Assembly (NCBI GenBank): GCA_002269645.1
Contig: NIVC01002924.1
Location: 1-57,907, forward strand
Source: Macrostomum lignano
Lineage: Eukaryota
Reading direction: 5' to 3'
Length of the DNA: 57,907 nucleotides
The first letter of the stretch is position 1, and each line of letters opens with the position of its first letter. The notes under the pieces were generated by a model, which saw nothing but the letters and a program-made list of their open reading frames with translations, made no database searches and had not been told where the DNA came from. A program made the translations under genes and the position numbers. Positions 57,755 to 57,907 of this stretch are shown in pieces.

Positions 57755-57907
57755 ACAGCTATTGCGCGGCGCATCAGAAGGCTGCGTACGGCTGTTCAGT
57801 CCAAGGACGGGGGGGGGGGTCGCCACACACAGCCTCAATTACCCCAGCTAATGCTGGCACCCATTTTACAGCTGGGTGAACTGAAGCAATGCAGAGTTAA
57901 GTGTCTT
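57755..57907 (-). mobile_element. CORE-like SINE (family A), 3' half, cut by the window edge
   Basis: The reverse complement matches 7736-7880 (AAGACACTTAACTCTGCATTGCTTCAGTTCACCCAGCTGTAAAATGGGTGCCAGC...CCGTACGCAGCC). Confidence 0.82.

Overview
This is eukaryotic, intron-containing animal DNA, not prokaryotic, and it contains no CRISPR array. The GC-rich, Gln/Ala-rich exons, minisatellite-filled introns and a two-domain p40-type sHSP suggest a free-living flatworm such as Macrostomum; this is inference, not a database match. Genes reconstructed by hand from splice sites and phases, minus strand: the 5' part of a NEK11-like kinase, an unidentified S/P/Q-rich gene with a kinesin-13-like C-terminal tail, MANBAL, METTL25B/RRNAD1, a 5-exon NSUN4, a secreted ependymin-like protein, and 12 exons of a plexin whose Sema domain lies outside the window. 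The plus strand carries a small heat-shock gene with a clear HSE/TATA promoter. Roughly one third of the window (hand estimate) is unrelated 16-40 bp minisatellites. It also holds two tRNA-derived SINE families (one CORE-like), a deleted Tc1-like element, two hAT-type MITEs, an RTE LINE 3' fragment and a disrupted Piwi fragment. The best leads are a candidate trans-spliced operon (NSUN4-METTL25B-MANBAL) in which METTL25B has no usable ATG of its own, a minisatellite made from a duplicated 5' splice junction, and the Piwi MID/PIWI relic. All family assignments come from remembered motifs, and repeat boundaries are approximate.
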